In this document: positions 63,684 through 64,000 of the stretch, in pieces
How positions within the stretch are numbered: position 1 is the stretch's first letter
How the letters are laid out: every line of letters starts with the position of its first letter
Source of the DNA: Sedimentisphaerales bacterium
GTDB taxonomy: Bacteria > Planctomycetota > Phycisphaerae > Sedimentisphaerales > SM23-30
Assembly: GCA_963663805.2 (NCBI GenBank)
Contig: CAXXMR010000015.1
Location: 1-64,000 of the forward strand
Direction of reading: 5' to 3'
Length of the DNA: 64,000 nucleotides
Made by a program: the position numbers and the translations under genes
Notes under the pieces: generated by a model
Databases searched by the model: none
What the model saw: only the letters and a program-made list of their open reading frames with translations
What the model was told of the DNA's origin: nothing

Positions 63684-64000
63684 ATGCTCCTGTCCCCAAA
63701 AACTTTTATATTATCTCTGCTCGTAATCATTCAAATCGTATCGGCGGATTTTACCCTCAGGCCCAAACCCACGTTTCGCGTGCTTTTCAATAACGACCTG
63801 ACCAACGTGAGAAATTGCCAAAGCGCTTACCACAAATTCGGAGAGCCTTTCAGCAAAGAAATATTACAAGCCTCTATAAATGAAACCTGCAATACCGGCA
63901 TTGACGTTCATTTGCTCTCGCCCGGCCACAGTTGGGCCCCCTTATGGAAAAGCAAAATCTATCCTTATGAAAAACACGCTAAATGGTATAAGCAAAGAAC
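63684..64000 (+). CDS. GHL10-like protein, paralogue 6 (runs off the window)
   Basis: MLLSPK..FRVLFNNDLTN..GIDVHLLSPGHSWAPLWKSKIYP. Confidence 0.65.
   Translation, partial: MLLSPKTFILSLLVIIQIVSADFTLRPKPTFRVLFNNDLTNVRNCQSAYHKFGEPFSKEILQASINETCNTGIDVHLLSPGHSWAPLWKSKIYPYEKHAKWYKQR

Overview
Two unrelated blocks scrambled by insertion sequences; the host looks like a planctomycete (Phycisphaerae/Sedimentisphaerales-like, inferred from DUF1559-type prepilin genes and EF-hand/dockerin-like tails). (1) 1-16135 is a decayed lambda-like prophage: helicase, two ParB-fused DNA methyltransferases, primase-helicase, candidate origin, GpA-type terminase and a truncated portal. One methyltransferase is split by a group II intron that appears to begin with UGACG instead of GUGYG. 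(2) 21.9-64 kb holds polysaccharide-utilisation-like clusters with six paralogues of an uncharacterised TIM-barrel glycosidase-like family, LamG/dockerin-like secreted proteins, prepilin-like proteins, Na+/solute symporters, sialate O-acetylesterases, GH2, a sulfatase and kdgK-eda. Two inverted IS21 copies bound a 22.9-kb inversion: the target duplication is split, and undoing the inversion restores a 64-aa membrane gene downstream of an Rhs toxin tip. Also present are three IS630 copies (one nested in the end of another), an IS66 remnant, and a non-coding array of 15 exactly phased 20-bp units inside an inverted-repeat-bounded element. All family calls come from motif recognition by eye; no searches were run.
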